The notes under the pieces were generated by a model. That model was given only the letters and a program-made list of their open reading frames with translations. It made no database searches and was not told the DNA's origin. From Gemmatimonadota bacterium (lineage in GTDB: Bacteria; Gemmatimonadota; Gemmatimonadetes; Palauibacterales; Palauibacteraceae): a stretch of DNA of 64,000 bases. The stretch spans positions 1 to 64,000 of the forward strand of contig JBDHAC010000007.1 of NCBI GenBank assembly GCA_039588275.1. Direction: 5' to 3'. Shown piece by piece: positions 36,359 through 45,640 of this stretch (position 1 is the first letter of the stretch; each line of letters opens with the position of its first letter). The position numbers and the translations under genes are program-made.

Positions 36359-37383
36359 GATCCCAGCCGGCTCGATTCGGCGCGCTGCGGAGACGGACGG
36401 CCACTCACCTCGGAGTGATCCCCGACGTTCACGCGTCCCTGTACGCCGTGGAGCCGCGCGTGGTCCCCGACGAGAGAATCGTGCAGATCGCAGTCCTCGA
36501 TCACGGTTCCCTCTCCCACGATACAGTCGCGGAGCCGGCTGCGGCGGACCGTGCAACCGGCCGCCAGGCTCACGTTCGGCCCCAGCCGTACCTCTTCGAG
36601 CTTCACATCGGTCGCTACGGCGATCGGATCCCGTACCTCGATGCCCGAGAGCTCTCCGCCCGGAGGCGCGGCGTGACCCCGCTCGAGCATGGCTCGGTTC
36701 GTCTCGAGCACGGTCTCCGGCTTCCCGCAGTCGAACCACCCGCCGACTTCGGCCGTGTACAGGCGCGCCTCGCGGTCGATCATGTACTGAAACGCATCGG
36801 TGAGAAAGAACTCCCCCAGCTGCGGATCCTGGCCCATGACTTCGTGAATCCCTTCGAACATGAGCTCATGATCGCGCACGTAGTAGACGCCGATGTTGGC
36901 GAGCTTGGAGATCGGCTCGCTCGGCTTCTCCACGATCCGGAGCATGTAGCCGTCCTCGTCGGTCACCACGACGCCGAATCGCTGGTAGTCCTCGACCTCT
37001 TTGGCCCAGATGATCCCGGCATCGTCCGGACGCTCGCCGATCACCCTGAAGTCCGCCTCGAACAGCGTGTCCACGAACAGGATGAGGATCGGCCCTGACA
37101 CGAATGGCTCGGCCAGTCGGATCGCGTCCGCCGTACCGAGCTGCTTCACCTGCTCGACGTAGCGCACCGGCATCGACGGATATTCCCGCGCCAGGAACTC
37201 CTCGATCTGACCGGCCAGATGGCCGGTGATGCAGATCATCTCATCGACGCCGATGTCTTGCAGCTGCTCCACCACGTAGCTGAGCACGGGTCGATTCGCC
37301 ACTCGCAGAAGCGGCTTGGGGCGCGTGTGGGTGTGGGGCCGGACTCTTGTACCCTTCCCCGCCAGCGGTATTATGGCCTGCAT
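36355..37383 (-). CDS. Sugar-1-phosphate nucleotidyltransferase (long-form glucose-1-P thymidylyltransferase-like)
   Basis: IIPLAGKGTRVRPHT..PKPL, QLGTADA, VEKP, LTDA, WFDCG; C-terminal hexapeptide repeats. Confidence 0.9.
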   Translation of the reverse strand: MQAIIPLAGKGTRVRPHTHTRPKPLLRVANRPVLSYVVEQLQDIGVDEMICITGHLAGQIEEFLAREYPSMPVRYVEQVKQLGTADAIRLAEPFVSGPILILFVDTLFEADFRVIGERPDDAGIIWAKEVEDYQRFGVVVTDEDGYMLRIVEKPSEPISKLANIGVYYVRDHELMFEGIHEVMGQDPQLGEFFLTDAFQYMIDREARLYTAEVGGWFDCGKPETVLETNRAMLERGHAAPPGGELSGIEVRDPIAVATDVKLEEVRLGPNVSLAAGCTVRRSRLRDCIVGEGTVIEDCDLHDSLVGDHARLHGVQGRVNVGDHSEVSGRPSPQRAESSRLGS

Positions 37384-37559
37384 GTTTGCTGGAATCCTTC
37401 GACCACCCGCGGGTGCTCGTGCATGGGTTCGGGAATCGCCGGGCGCGGGAGCCGTGGATCATCCCCGCATTGGCCGAGCGATGGCGTCCGGCAACGTACC
37501 GTGGGGCGGTCGAGACGGTCAACCGGATTCGTTCGGAATCCCCAACACGCTGTCACACC

Positions 37560-38000
37560 GTGAGTTCTGCGCGCGACGACAACGTTCTGAGTGAGACGCT
37601 GCGGCGGTGGTTGAGCGAGAACGTCGCGGATACCCGGGCGGAGGGCGGGCCCGAAGGCCGGGTGTATGCGGCGCCCTTCGCTCAGGTGTGGGACGCGATT
37701 CTGGACCAGGTCGAGTCGCGCCGGGGCTGGGTCCTCGCGCACAAGGACGAAGAGCTGGGGATCATCACGGTACGCTGCCGCACACCGGTCTTTCGGTTCA
37801 TCGACGATCTGACGATCTGGGTCGGTCTGGACGAGAATGGACTGACCTGGGTAGACGTTCTGTCGCGCTCTCGAGTCGGCAAGGGCGACCTGGGAGGCAA
37901 CCGGCGCCGGATCGTGCGCACTCTCTCGACGCTCGATCGGGCGTTGGGCCCGAATACGCGGCTGCGACAGGATCGGGCGCGCGCGGAGGCGAGCGCGTAG
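37560..38000 (+). CDS. DUF1499 family protein
   Basis: TPVFRFIDDLTI..SRSRVGKGDLGGNRRRI; start codon uncertain. Confidence 0.78.
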   Translation: MSSARDDNVLSETLRRWLSENVADTRAEGGPEGRVYAAPFAQVWDAILDQVESRRGWVLAHKDEELGIITVRCRTPVFRFIDDLTIWVGLDENGLTWVDVLSRSRVGKGDLGGNRRRIVRTLSTLDRALGPNTRLRQDRARAEASA

Positions 38001-38001
38001 T

Positions 38002-38276
38002 AGCAGGCCGCTGCAGGACGTGAGTACGTCGCGCGCATGGGTCTTGTGAGTCGAAGACAAGGAACGAGGAGGAAGGCGATGCTCGAGCATCGTCGACGAC
38101 GAGTGACGCCGTATTCGGCCACAACCCCATGCGCCCTGCGGGTTACGGCGGCGTGGGGGCATCTCCTGTGTTGTCGCTCCTCCCCGATGGCTCACGACAT
38201 CGCGTCGTCGCGCCGCCTTGGATCTGCCCCCACGGCGCTCGTAACGCGATCCCCTCACGTCCTGCAGCGGCCTGCT
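38002..38276. mobile_element. MITE-like non-autonomous element with perfect 23-bp terminal inverted repeats
   Basis: agcaggccgctgcaggacgtgag (38002-38024) is the exact reverse complement of 38254-38276; TAG at both flanks; two internal hairpin modules; no credible ORF. Confidence 0.75.
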
Positions 38277-38316
38277 TAGGCCGTTGACGACCGCGACACT
38301 CTTACCTGCCAGACGC

Positions 38317-39318
38317 ATGTACGGTCTCGAGCTCTCGCGCGCGGCATTCGCTGCGGTCGCCGTCGGCCTGGGGCTCGCGTGCGCCGCGTGCGGTGACCCG
38401 CCCCCGATTCCCGAGGCCAGCGACACACCCGAGCTGACCGCCGCGAGCGCCGGCGCCCCCGCCGCCGCCCGCTACCTGACCACCTACGCGTTCACCTCCG
38501 CCGGGGGCGATGAGGCGCTCTATTCGACGTTCCGCAACGAGACAGGTGGGTCCCGGCTCGTCCGCAACTACGCCGCCTGGCTGTCGCGGGAAGGATCGTG
38601 GACGCGGGTGCTCGGGGTGCAGGATTCGCTCCCCGTGCCCCGAGCAGGGTGGCGGCTTCTCCCCACCGACGCGCTCGGGATTCTGGTAGGGGACGGCGCA
38701 CAGGTCGTGGGTCTACGCTTCCGGCGCGGCGAGACGGACGTACATCTGCGATTGGGGGACGAGATCGCGGCGTGGACCGGCGCCACGGGCCAGGTGCAGG
38801 CCCTTTATCTAGCAGGCCTCGAAACGGGAGAGGACCTGAGCGCGGGTTTCGTGTTCTTCCACAGAGCCGCGAGATCGCTCGACTCACCACCTGAGCCGAC
38901 AGCGGACCGGGTATTTCTGCTCGCGGACACGCTCGGCAACGCACTCCTGATCGAAGCATCGGTCCAGCCCGACGAGCCAGCGGTGGCTCGCACGTGGCTG
39001 CACGGGACCCCGGGAAGCTGGTCGGATGTAACGCTCGTGCCCACGTACTCGGACTCGAGCGAGGCGACCCCGGCCCAAGCCTCCGGCGACCCCGCCGCTC
39101 CCACGGATTCCGCGGATTCCGCGCGCGGGCCCACGGGCTGGCTGTTCGTCATCCCGCAGGCGGACCTGAGCGGCGAGCTGCGGATCACGCCGGAGGAGGA
39201 CATGCCGGGACCCGCTTCACCGACGGCGCGCCGCGCCATCCGCATCTCCGGTGAGCTGGTCGCTGACGGGGAGTCGTTTCGCTTCCAGGGTCTGACCGTG
39301 GAGCTCCCCCTCCCGTGA
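38317..39318 (+). CDS. Hypothetical lipoprotein
   Basis: Signal peptide LACAACG; beta-rich mature part; stop overlaps the next start. Confidence 0.7.
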   Translation: MYGLELSRAAFAAVAVGLGLACAACGDPPPIPEASDTPELTAASAGAPAAARYLTTYAFTSAGGDEALYSTFRNETGGSRLVRNYAAWLSREGSWTRVLGVQDSLPVPRAGWRLLPTDALGILVGDGAQVVGLRFRRGETDVHLRLGDEIAAWTGATGQVQALYLAGLETGEDLSAGFVFFHRAARSLDSPPEPTADRVFLLADTLGNALLIEASVQPDEPAVARTWLHGTPGSWSDVTLVPTYSDSSEATPAQASGDPAAPTDSADSARGPTGWLFVIPQADLSGELRITPEEDMPGPASPTARRAIRISGELVADGESFRFQGLTVELPLP

Positions 39319-40892
39319 TGGCGTTCTCGGTCGACTGGCTTCGCGCGGCACTCACGATCTTCTTCGGCGCTCTGGCTGGAGGCGTCACGAACCGAATCGC
39401 GGTGTGGATGCTGTTCCACCCGTACGAGCCGCCGAGCGTGGCGGGCCGGCGAGTGCGCTGGCTCCAGGGTGCCGTCCCCAAGAACCAGAAGCGGCTCGCC
39501 AGCTCGATCGGCCGAGTGGTCGGCGGGCAGTTGCTCACCTCCGAGGACATTGCCGCGGAGCTGCGGGACGAGGAGCTGAGGGACGCCTTTCAGACCCGGT
39601 TGCGGGAGCTGATCGTCGCCCTCGTAGAGGGCGATCAGCCCGCCCTCGCGGACCTGCTCCCCCCGTCCGCCCTCGAGGAGCTGCGGGCGCTCGCCGAGCA
39701 CGTGCTGGACGAGGGTCGCGAGCAGATTCAGAAGGCGGTGGAATCACCGGAGTTTCAGACCGAGGCGGAGCGCCTCCTGGACCACGTTCGACAAACGCTC
39801 AGCGATGAGCCGCTGTCGACGGCCCTCGACGAGGAGCGGCTCGACGCGGTACGCGACAGCCTGGACGAGTGGCTGGCGCGGTTGGCGAATTCGGAGGCGT
39901 TCGAGCAGACGGTCAACCGCCACCTGGAGGGGGCGGCGAATCACGTCCTGGCCCCCGGCCGGACGCTCGAGGAGCTGATTCCGCAGGGCCTGGTCGCCGC
40001 CGTCGAGCACGCGATCAACGATTACCTCCCCCTCGCGATGGAGCGGCTAGGGCGGCTGCTCGAGGATCCCGAGGCACGCCACCGCGTGGAGCGCCTCATC
40101 CACGACCTGCTCGACCGGTTCATGCGAGACCTCCGCTTTCACCAGCGTGTGGTGGCCAAGCTGATCATCACCGAAGAGACCGTGACGAAGGTCCTCGAAA
40201 CGCTGGAGGCGGAGGGCGCGGACCGGCTCGGCGACCTGCTCAAGGAGGAAGAGGTGCAGGGGGCGATGGCCCGCAACGTGAACGAGGCCATCTCGGAGTT
40301 CCTCCGCCGCCCCACCACCAGCGTGCTGGGTGAGGTCGACGCTCCGCAGGTGCTGAGCGCGCTCGCCGCCATCCAGGGCTGGATCCTCCAGAGCGCCCGA
40401 GACGAGAAGGCGCGCAGGTTCTTCCTCGAGCAGCTCGAGGATGCGGTAGCCCGCCTGGGTGAGCGCAGCTGGGCGGATCTGCTGCGTCTGGTGCCGGCGT
40501 CGCGGATCGGTCCGTGGCTCGCGGCGGGGTTGCGATCGGAGCCCGGCCAGGAGGTGTTCGACTCGATCACCGCGACGCTGGTCGAACGTTTGCTTCACCG
40601 ACCAATCGGACGCCTGAACCGGTTTCTGCGCGAAGATGCCGCGGTGCGGCTTTCGGACAGCCTCGCTCCTCCCGCGTGGGAGTGGGTGACGGGCCAGGTC
40701 CCGGAGGTCGCCGAGCGAATCCGCATCGCCGAACGCATCGAGGAGAAGATCGAGGGCTTCCCACTGGTGGAGGTGGAACGCCTCGTGCGCGAGATCAGTC
40801 AGCGCGAGCTGGATCTCATCATTCGCCTCGGGTACATCCTCGGGGCGTTCATCGGGACGATTCTGGTCATCATCACGACTATTCTGGGTTGA
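39315..40892 (+). CDS. DUF445 family membrane-anchored protein
   Basis: GGVTNRIAVWMLFHP..QGAVPK; C-terminal RELDLIIRLGYILGAFIG. Confidence 0.9.
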   Translation: MMAFSVDWLRAALTIFFGALAGGVTNRIAVWMLFHPYEPPSVAGRRVRWLQGAVPKNQKRLASSIGRVVGGQLLTSEDIAAELRDEELRDAFQTRLRELIVALVEGDQPALADLLPPSALEELRALAEHVLDEGREQIQKAVESPEFQTEAERLLDHVRQTLSDEPLSTALDEERLDAVRDSLDEWLARLANSEAFEQTVNRHLEGAANHVLAPGRTLEELIPQGLVAAVEHAINDYLPLAMERLGRLLEDPEARHRVERLIHDLLDRFMRDLRFHQRVVAKLIITEETVTKVLETLEAEGADRLGDLLKEEEVQGAMARNVNEAISEFLRRPTTSVLGEVDAPQVLSALAAIQGWILQSARDEKARRFFLEQLEDAVARLGERSWADLLRLVPASRIGPWLAAGLRSEPGQEVFDSITATLVERLLHRPIGRLNRFLREDAAVRLSDSLAPPAWEWVTGQVPEVAERIRIAERIEEKIEGFPLVEVERLVREISQRELDLIIRLGYILGAFIGTILVIITTILG

Positions 40893-40895
40893 GTC

Positions 40896-41582
40896 ATGCG
40901 ATCGATACATACCGCGCGGGCCGGAGCGTCGGCCAGGCTCTCGGCTGGGCTGTCGGCCGGGCTCGGCGCCGCCGTGCGCCTCGCGAGCTCCGTGTTGATC
41001 GGAACGCTCTTGCTGACCGCGTGTGGCGAGCGGAGCGGGAGCGCACGGATCGATTCTGAATTCCGAGGCTCCGCGCTGCCCGAGCCGTTTCCCGCGCCGG
41101 ACTTCACGCTGCTCGATACGGACGGGGCCGAGTTCCGCTTCCGCGAGGAGACGGCCGGTTACCTGACGATGTTGTTCTTTGGGTATACACACTGTCCCGA
41201 CATCTGTCCGGTACATATGGCGAACCTCGCGGCGGTGCTCGGCGACCTCCTGTACGAGCAGCGGAGCCGGGTGAAGGTCGTGTTCGTCACCACCGACCCC
41301 GAGCGCGACACGCCGGCGGTCGTGCGCGAATGGCTGGATCGTTTCGACCGGAGCTTCATCGGGCTGATCGGAGATCTCGAATCGGTGAACGAGATTCAGG
41401 CGAGCTTCCGACTGCCGCCGGCCGTGCGTCAGGAGATGCAGAGCGGTGAGCACCTCGTTGGACACGCCTCGCAGGTGGTCGCGATCACGAGCGACGGTCT
41501 CGTCCGCGTCTTCTACCCCTCGGGAGTCCGGCAAGCCGACTGGGCCGAGGACCTACCCCGTCTTCTCGAAGTCGGCCGCTGA
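40896..41582 (+). CDS. SCO1/SenC family copper chaperone (lipoprotein)
   Basis: FFGYTHCPDICP, TTDPERDTP, VGH; lipobox LLTAC. Confidence 0.92.
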   Translation: MRSIHTARAGASARLSAGLSAGLGAAVRLASSVLIGTLLLTACGERSGSARIDSEFRGSALPEPFPAPDFTLLDTDGAEFRFREETAGYLTMLFFGYTHCPDICPVHMANLAAVLGDLLYEQRSRVKVVFVTTDPERDTPAVVREWLDRFDRSFIGLIGDLESVNEIQASFRLPPAVRQEMQSGEHLVGHASQVVAITSDGLVRVFYPSGVRQADWAEDLPRLLEVGR

Positions 41583-41588
41583 GCGCAG

Positions 41589-42377
41589 ATGAACTGGTGG
41601 TGCGCCGCACAGGGGGTCCCCTGGGCGTGGACGTGGCGACCGTATCCCGGCGTATGGCTGTTCATCGCCCTGGTGGCCGTCCTCCACTGGACCGTGGGCG
41701 GCGGGCGATCCGTCGAGGCCCGCCGGCGACCCTGGTTCTGGGTCGGGCTCGCGCTTCTGTGGGTCTCGTTGGACTGGCCGCTGGGCGCGTTGGGAGCGGG
41801 CTATCTGGCGTCGATCCACATGGTTCAGTTCGTGCTCATCGCCCTCATCGTGCCACCGCTCCTGTTGAGCGGGGTTCCGCGTGAGACGTTCGAGCGTCTG
41901 GACGCCAGCCCGGCTGGGCGAGGTGTGATTCGCCCCCTGACGCACCCCCTGGTGGCGCTCCTCCTGTTCGCGCTCGTGGTCGTGGTGACGCACTGGCCCG
42001 CGGTCGTCGACGGGCTGATGGCCACGCAGCTCGGATCGTTCGCTCTCGATATGGCCTGGCTGGGCGCGGCGATGCTGTTCTGGTGGCCGGTCGTCGTGCC
42101 CGTGCCCGCGCGTCCCCGATTCACGTATCCCGCCAAGGTGGCGTACCTGATCCTCACCACCGTCGTGATGACGGCGCCCTACATCTTCCTGACGTTTGCG
42201 GAGCTGCCCTTCTACGCCACGTACGAGCTCGCGCCACCGGTTGGCGGACTCAGCGCGCGGGTGGATCAGCGCATCGCGGGTCTGGTGATGCGAATCGGAG
42301 GAGGGGCGGTGCTTTGGACCGCGGCGGGCATCGTCTTCTACCGGTGGTATCGGAGCGAGAACGCCCCGGTCGGCTAG
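41589..42377 (+). CDS. Cytochrome c oxidase assembly factor, Caa3_CtaG family
   Basis: SIHMVQ..PPLLL, HP..A, FWWPV, DQRIAGLVM. Confidence 0.85.
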   Translation: MNWWCAAQGVPWAWTWRPYPGVWLFIALVAVLHWTVGGGRSVEARRRPWFWVGLALLWVSLDWPLGALGAGYLASIHMVQFVLIALIVPPLLLSGVPRETFERLDASPAGRGVIRPLTHPLVALLLFALVVVVTHWPAVVDGLMATQLGSFALDMAWLGAAMLFWWPVVVPVPARPRFTYPAKVAYLILTTVVMTAPYIFLTFAELPFYATYELAPPVGGLSARVDQRIAGLVMRIGGGAVLWTAAGIVFYRWYRSENAPVG

Positions 42378-42715
42378 GCGGTTTCCCCCACGATCCACGC
42401 CAGGTAGGCGTTCGAGCCACCGACGACGGGCAGCGCGATCACTTCCGGAACATCGTAGGGGTGCAACTCGACGATACGGCGCTCGAGCGGGTCGAGGCGC
42501 TCGGCGGTAGTCTTGAAGATGGCCAGGGCCTCGCCCTCATCCTCGATCGCGCCTTCCCACCGGTAAATGGAGCGAACGCCGTCCAACAGGTTCACGCACG
42601 CGGCGAGCTTCTCATCGACGATGGTGCGGCCCAAGCGGGCCAGCGATTCGATGTCCGGGCCGGTCACCAGCACCACGACGACGTTCGCGCTCGAGCCTCG
42701 AACCCCGTCGCTCAC
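42374..42715 (-). CDS. cutA: Divalent cation tolerance protein CutA
   Basis: LAACVN, SIYRWEG, KT, HPYDVPEVI. Confidence 0.93.
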   Translation of the reverse strand: MSDGVRGSSANVVVVLVTGPDIESLARLGRTIVDEKLAACVNLLDGVRSIYRWEGAIEDEGEALAIFKTTAERLDPLERRIVELHPYDVPEVIALPVVGGSNAYLAWIVGETA

Positions 42716-44625
42716 CCCCCGAGCTCCTCGCGCTCGTCGGCGTCGGCCGCTTCCTGGTCGCGTTCCGCGGCCTCGTACAGCTCGTCGATCTCGTTCGCGT
42801 AACGCTTCACGACCACGCGCCGCTTCACCTTCAGGGTGGGCGTCAGCTCCCCTCCCTCGACCGTGAACTCGTCGGCTACGGGCAGGATGCGCCTGGGCCG
42901 CTCGTAACGGGCGAAGTCCGAGCAGCGGGAGAGAACGGATCGTTCCAGCTCGTCCCGCAGCCGTGGCTCGCGCAGAAGCGCCTCAGCGGTCTCGGCCGAG
43001 ATCCCCAGCTCGAGCGCGCGGGCCTGAAGGAGCTCGAGGTTCGGAACGATGAGGGCGACCGGGAACTTCCTGCGATCGCCGAGCATCACGGCCTCGATCA
43101 CCAGGGGATCGGTCTTCATGGCCCGCTCGAGGGGCTGGGGTGCGATGTTCTTCCCGTACGCCGTGACGATCAGCTCTTTCTTGCGGTCGGTGATCCGCAG
43201 GTAGCCGTCCGCATCCAGCTCGCCGATGTCTCCCGTGTGAAACCACCCGTCCTCGTCGATGACCTGACGGGTGGCCTCCGGATCGTTGTAGTACCCCAGC
43301 ATGATCTGGGGGCCGCGCGCCAGGATCTCGCCGTCGCCGGCGATTCGAATCTCCGTGCCGGGCAACGGGCGTCCCACCGTTCCGAGGCGTACGGCGTCGA
43401 CGGGATTGAACGTGAGGATGGGCGAGGTCTCGGTGAGTCCGTATCCCTCGAAGATCGGGAGGCCGGCCGCGAAGAAGAATTGGGCGATCTCGCGTGACAG
43501 CGGCGCACCTCCGCTGAGGAAGTAGCGGATACGGCCGCCCGTCCGCGCGCGCAGCTTGCTGAACACCAGCCGGTCCGCCAGCGTGCCCCGGAGCGTCAGC
43601 CAGACCCCGGCTCGGCCGCCCTCGAGCCGGCGGGTGGCGCGTTCCTCCCCCACCCGCCTGGCCCACGAGAAGATGGCGGCCTTCAACGCCCCTCCCTCAC
43701 GCGCCGTCTCTTCAACGCGCTCGAGCACCTTCTCGTACACCCTCGGCACCGCGGCCATCACCGTCGGACGCACCTCGCCCAGGTCCCGCGCTACGGTCAG
43801 CGTCGATTCGGCGTACGCAACGGTGACCCCGGCCAGCCACATGATGTATTGGCCGACCACGCGCTCGAAGATGTGGGCCAGCGGAAGGAGTGAGAGCGCG
43901 ATGTCGTCGGTCGCGATCGGAAAGACCTCGGTGGCGAGCTTCGCGTTGCTCTGCACGTTGAAGTGGCTGAGCATCACCCCCTTGGGCGACCCGGTCGTTC
44001 CGGACGTGTAGATGAGCGTCGCGAGATCTTCGGGCTGCGTCTGGAGCGCGTACGATTCGTAACTCTCCCCCAGCGTCGTCTCCGCCCGTGCACCGCGCTC
44101 GAGCAGATCGTCCAGGGATATGGTGGACAAGCGGCGCGACAGGGTCTCGCGAGAGGTCCTGTCGTCCTCCGGGACCGTAACGGGATCGAAAACGACCAGC
44201 ATCTCGAGCTCGGGCAGCTCGTCGAGGACCTCGAGCACCTTGTCGAGCTGTTCCTGGTCGGAAACGAAGAGGGCGCGGGCCCCCGCGTTTTCCAGCACGT
44301 AGTGGACCTGGTCGGAGGGGAGGACGGGGTACACCGGTACGCTTACGAGGCGCGCCATCACGAGCGCGAAGTCGGTCAGCGTCCATTCGAGCCGGGTGTG
44401 GGAGAGGATTCCGACCCGGTCGCCGGGCACGAGACCGAGGTCGCGCAGCGCGAGCGCGAGCCGCCGGATACGCCCGGCCACGTCGTCCGTCGACAGGCTC
44501 TCCCATCTGCCATCGGGTAGCCGACGTCGGAGCGCGTCGGCTTTCCCCACACCTGCCCCATCGAGGAACAGCTCCGCCAGGGTCCCGGGTTCCATCGTCA
44601 TCGAGGCGCCGGAGGCCTGAGTCAT
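42712..44625 (-). CDS. Long-chain-fatty-acid-CoA ligase
   Basis: YTSGTTGSPKG, LPLAHIFER, GYGLTET, GWFHTGDIG, DRKKE, LTPTLKVKR. Confidence 0.92.
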   Translation of the reverse strand: MTQASGASMTMEPGTLAELFLDGAGVGKADALRRRLPDGRWESLSTDDVAGRIRRLALALRDLGLVPGDRVGILSHTRLEWTLTDFALVMARLVSVPVYPVLPSDQVHYVLENAGARALFVSDQEQLDKVLEVLDELPELEMLVVFDPVTVPEDDRTSRETLSRRLSTISLDDLLERGARAETTLGESYESYALQTQPEDLATLIYTSGTTGSPKGVMLSHFNVQSNAKLATEVFPIATDDIALSLLPLAHIFERVVGQYIMWLAGVTVAYAESTLTVARDLGEVRPTVMAAVPRVYEKVLERVEETAREGGALKAAIFSWARRVGEERATRRLEGGRAGVWLTLRGTLADRLVFSKLRARTGGRIRYFLSGGAPLSREIAQFFFAAGLPIFEGYGLTETSPILTFNPVDAVRLGTVGRPLPGTEIRIAGDGEILARGPQIMLGYYNDPEATRQVIDEDGWFHTGDIGELDADGYLRITDRKKELIVTAYGKNIAPQPLERAMKTDPLVIEAVMLGDRRKFPVALIVPNLELLQARALELGISAETAEALLREPRLRDELERSVLSRCSDFARYERPRRILPVADEFTVEGGELTPTLKVKRRVVVKRYANEIDELYEAAERDQEAADADEREELGG

Positions 44626-44635
44626 TCGGGCAGTA

Positions 44636-45232
44636 TCAGATCTCGGGTTTGGCGTCTGCGCCGGGCGCGTCTGCGTCGGGCGCGTCCGCGGCTGAGGCGT
44701 CGGCGTCGGGCTCGTCCGCGGCGGGCGCGTCTGCGTCTACCTCGTCCTTGGGAGGCGCGTCGGCGTCTGCCTCGGCTACCCCGAGATCATCTGTACCTCG
44801 CTCTTCGGAGGCGGACGGCGCGTGGCCCGTCACACGCCCCAGCGTTCTCCGCGCGTGAGTGATCTGCCGCGCGTCGTCTCTTCCGGGCTTGGCCCGTCGG
44901 AGAAACGCCTCGAGGTGGACCACGGCGGCTTCTACGTGCCCGGCCTTGAGCAGCAGGAACGCGAGACCGTAATGCGCAGAAGTGCTGGTGGGGCGAAGCT
45001 CGAGCGCCCGTTGATACGACTTGATCGCGTTATCGGCTAGCCCGATATGGGTGTACGCAACGGCCATCTGCTCGAGCGTGGCCGCGTCGTCGGGGCGCTG
45101 TCTCAGGGCCAGCCGGAAGGAGGTGAGCGCATCGTGGTGAAGCTCCTGGCGTAGCAAGGCGACACCCTCTTCATAGTAATCCGGAGCGCGTCTCCCGCTG
45201 GAATCGCGTTCCCAGAACTTCCACCAGACCAT
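44636..45232 (-). CDS. TPR protein with acidic repeat tail
   Basis: DYYEEGVALL..; TPR motifs (AHYGLAFLL); C-terminal DADAP repeats. Confidence 0.82.
   Translation of the reverse strand: MVWWKFWERDSSGRRAPDYYEEGVALLRQELHHDALTSFRLALRQRPDDAATLEQMAVAYTHIGLADNAIKSYQRALELRPTSTSAHYGLAFLLLKAGHVEAAVVHLEAFLRRAKPGRDDARQITHARRTLGRVTGHAPSASEERGTDDLGVAEADADAPPKDEVDADAPAADEPDADASAADAPDADAPGADAKPEI
44651..44770 (-). repeat. Degenerate 30-bp coding repeat x4 (xDADAPxxDx)
   Basis: ADADAPPKDE VDADAPAADE PDADASAADA PDADAPGADA. Confidence 0.8.
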
Positions 45233-45248
45233 GGCTACCGTTTCTCGT

Positions 45249-45518
45249 TCACGCGAGCGGCGGCGGCTCGGGCGGTGACGCCGCCAGGTTATGCACGAAG
45301 GCGAATACTGCTCCGCCGAAGAATCCGTAAATGTACGCCCACATCGCTCCGATGAACGCGCCCGCCGGGCTCACCGAGTACCCGAACAACACGCTCCTGA
45401 GGAGCGGCGGCGTAGCGACTTCACCGACGCCGAGGAGCATCGCGAGCGTACCGATGAACACTGCCCCGGCGGCCACCGCGCCGCCGGCGATTCCAAACGC
45501 TCTCGTGTTCAGTCGCAT
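45249..45518 (-). CDS. Small two-TM membrane protein
   Basis: GAGGT RBS; GYSVSPAGAFIGAMWAYIYGFFGG..HN. Confidence 0.75.
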   Translation of the reverse strand: MRLNTRAFGIAGGAVAAGAVFIGTLAMLLGVGEVATPPLLRSVLFGYSVSPAGAFIGAMWAYIYGFFGGAVFAFVHNLAASPPEPPPLA

Positions 45519-45640
45519 ACCTCGATCGGGGGTGGCCGGAATCCCGGCGGAATCGGCGCGAAAACGGCCGAACCGAAGTTAGACGGGGCATCGAGGCCGG
45601 GCAATCGACCTCGGAAGGGCGCTGAAGGGTGCGAGGCCCG

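Noticed and set aside
38037..38279. 80-aa ORF inside the inverted-repeat element
   Set aside because: No transposase motifs; the sequence is better explained by hairpin structure
45249..45518. Holin or prophage remnant
   Set aside because: It resembles small membrane proteins sometimes labelled holin, but there is no endolysin, integrase or other phage gene, and it sits among housekeeping genes
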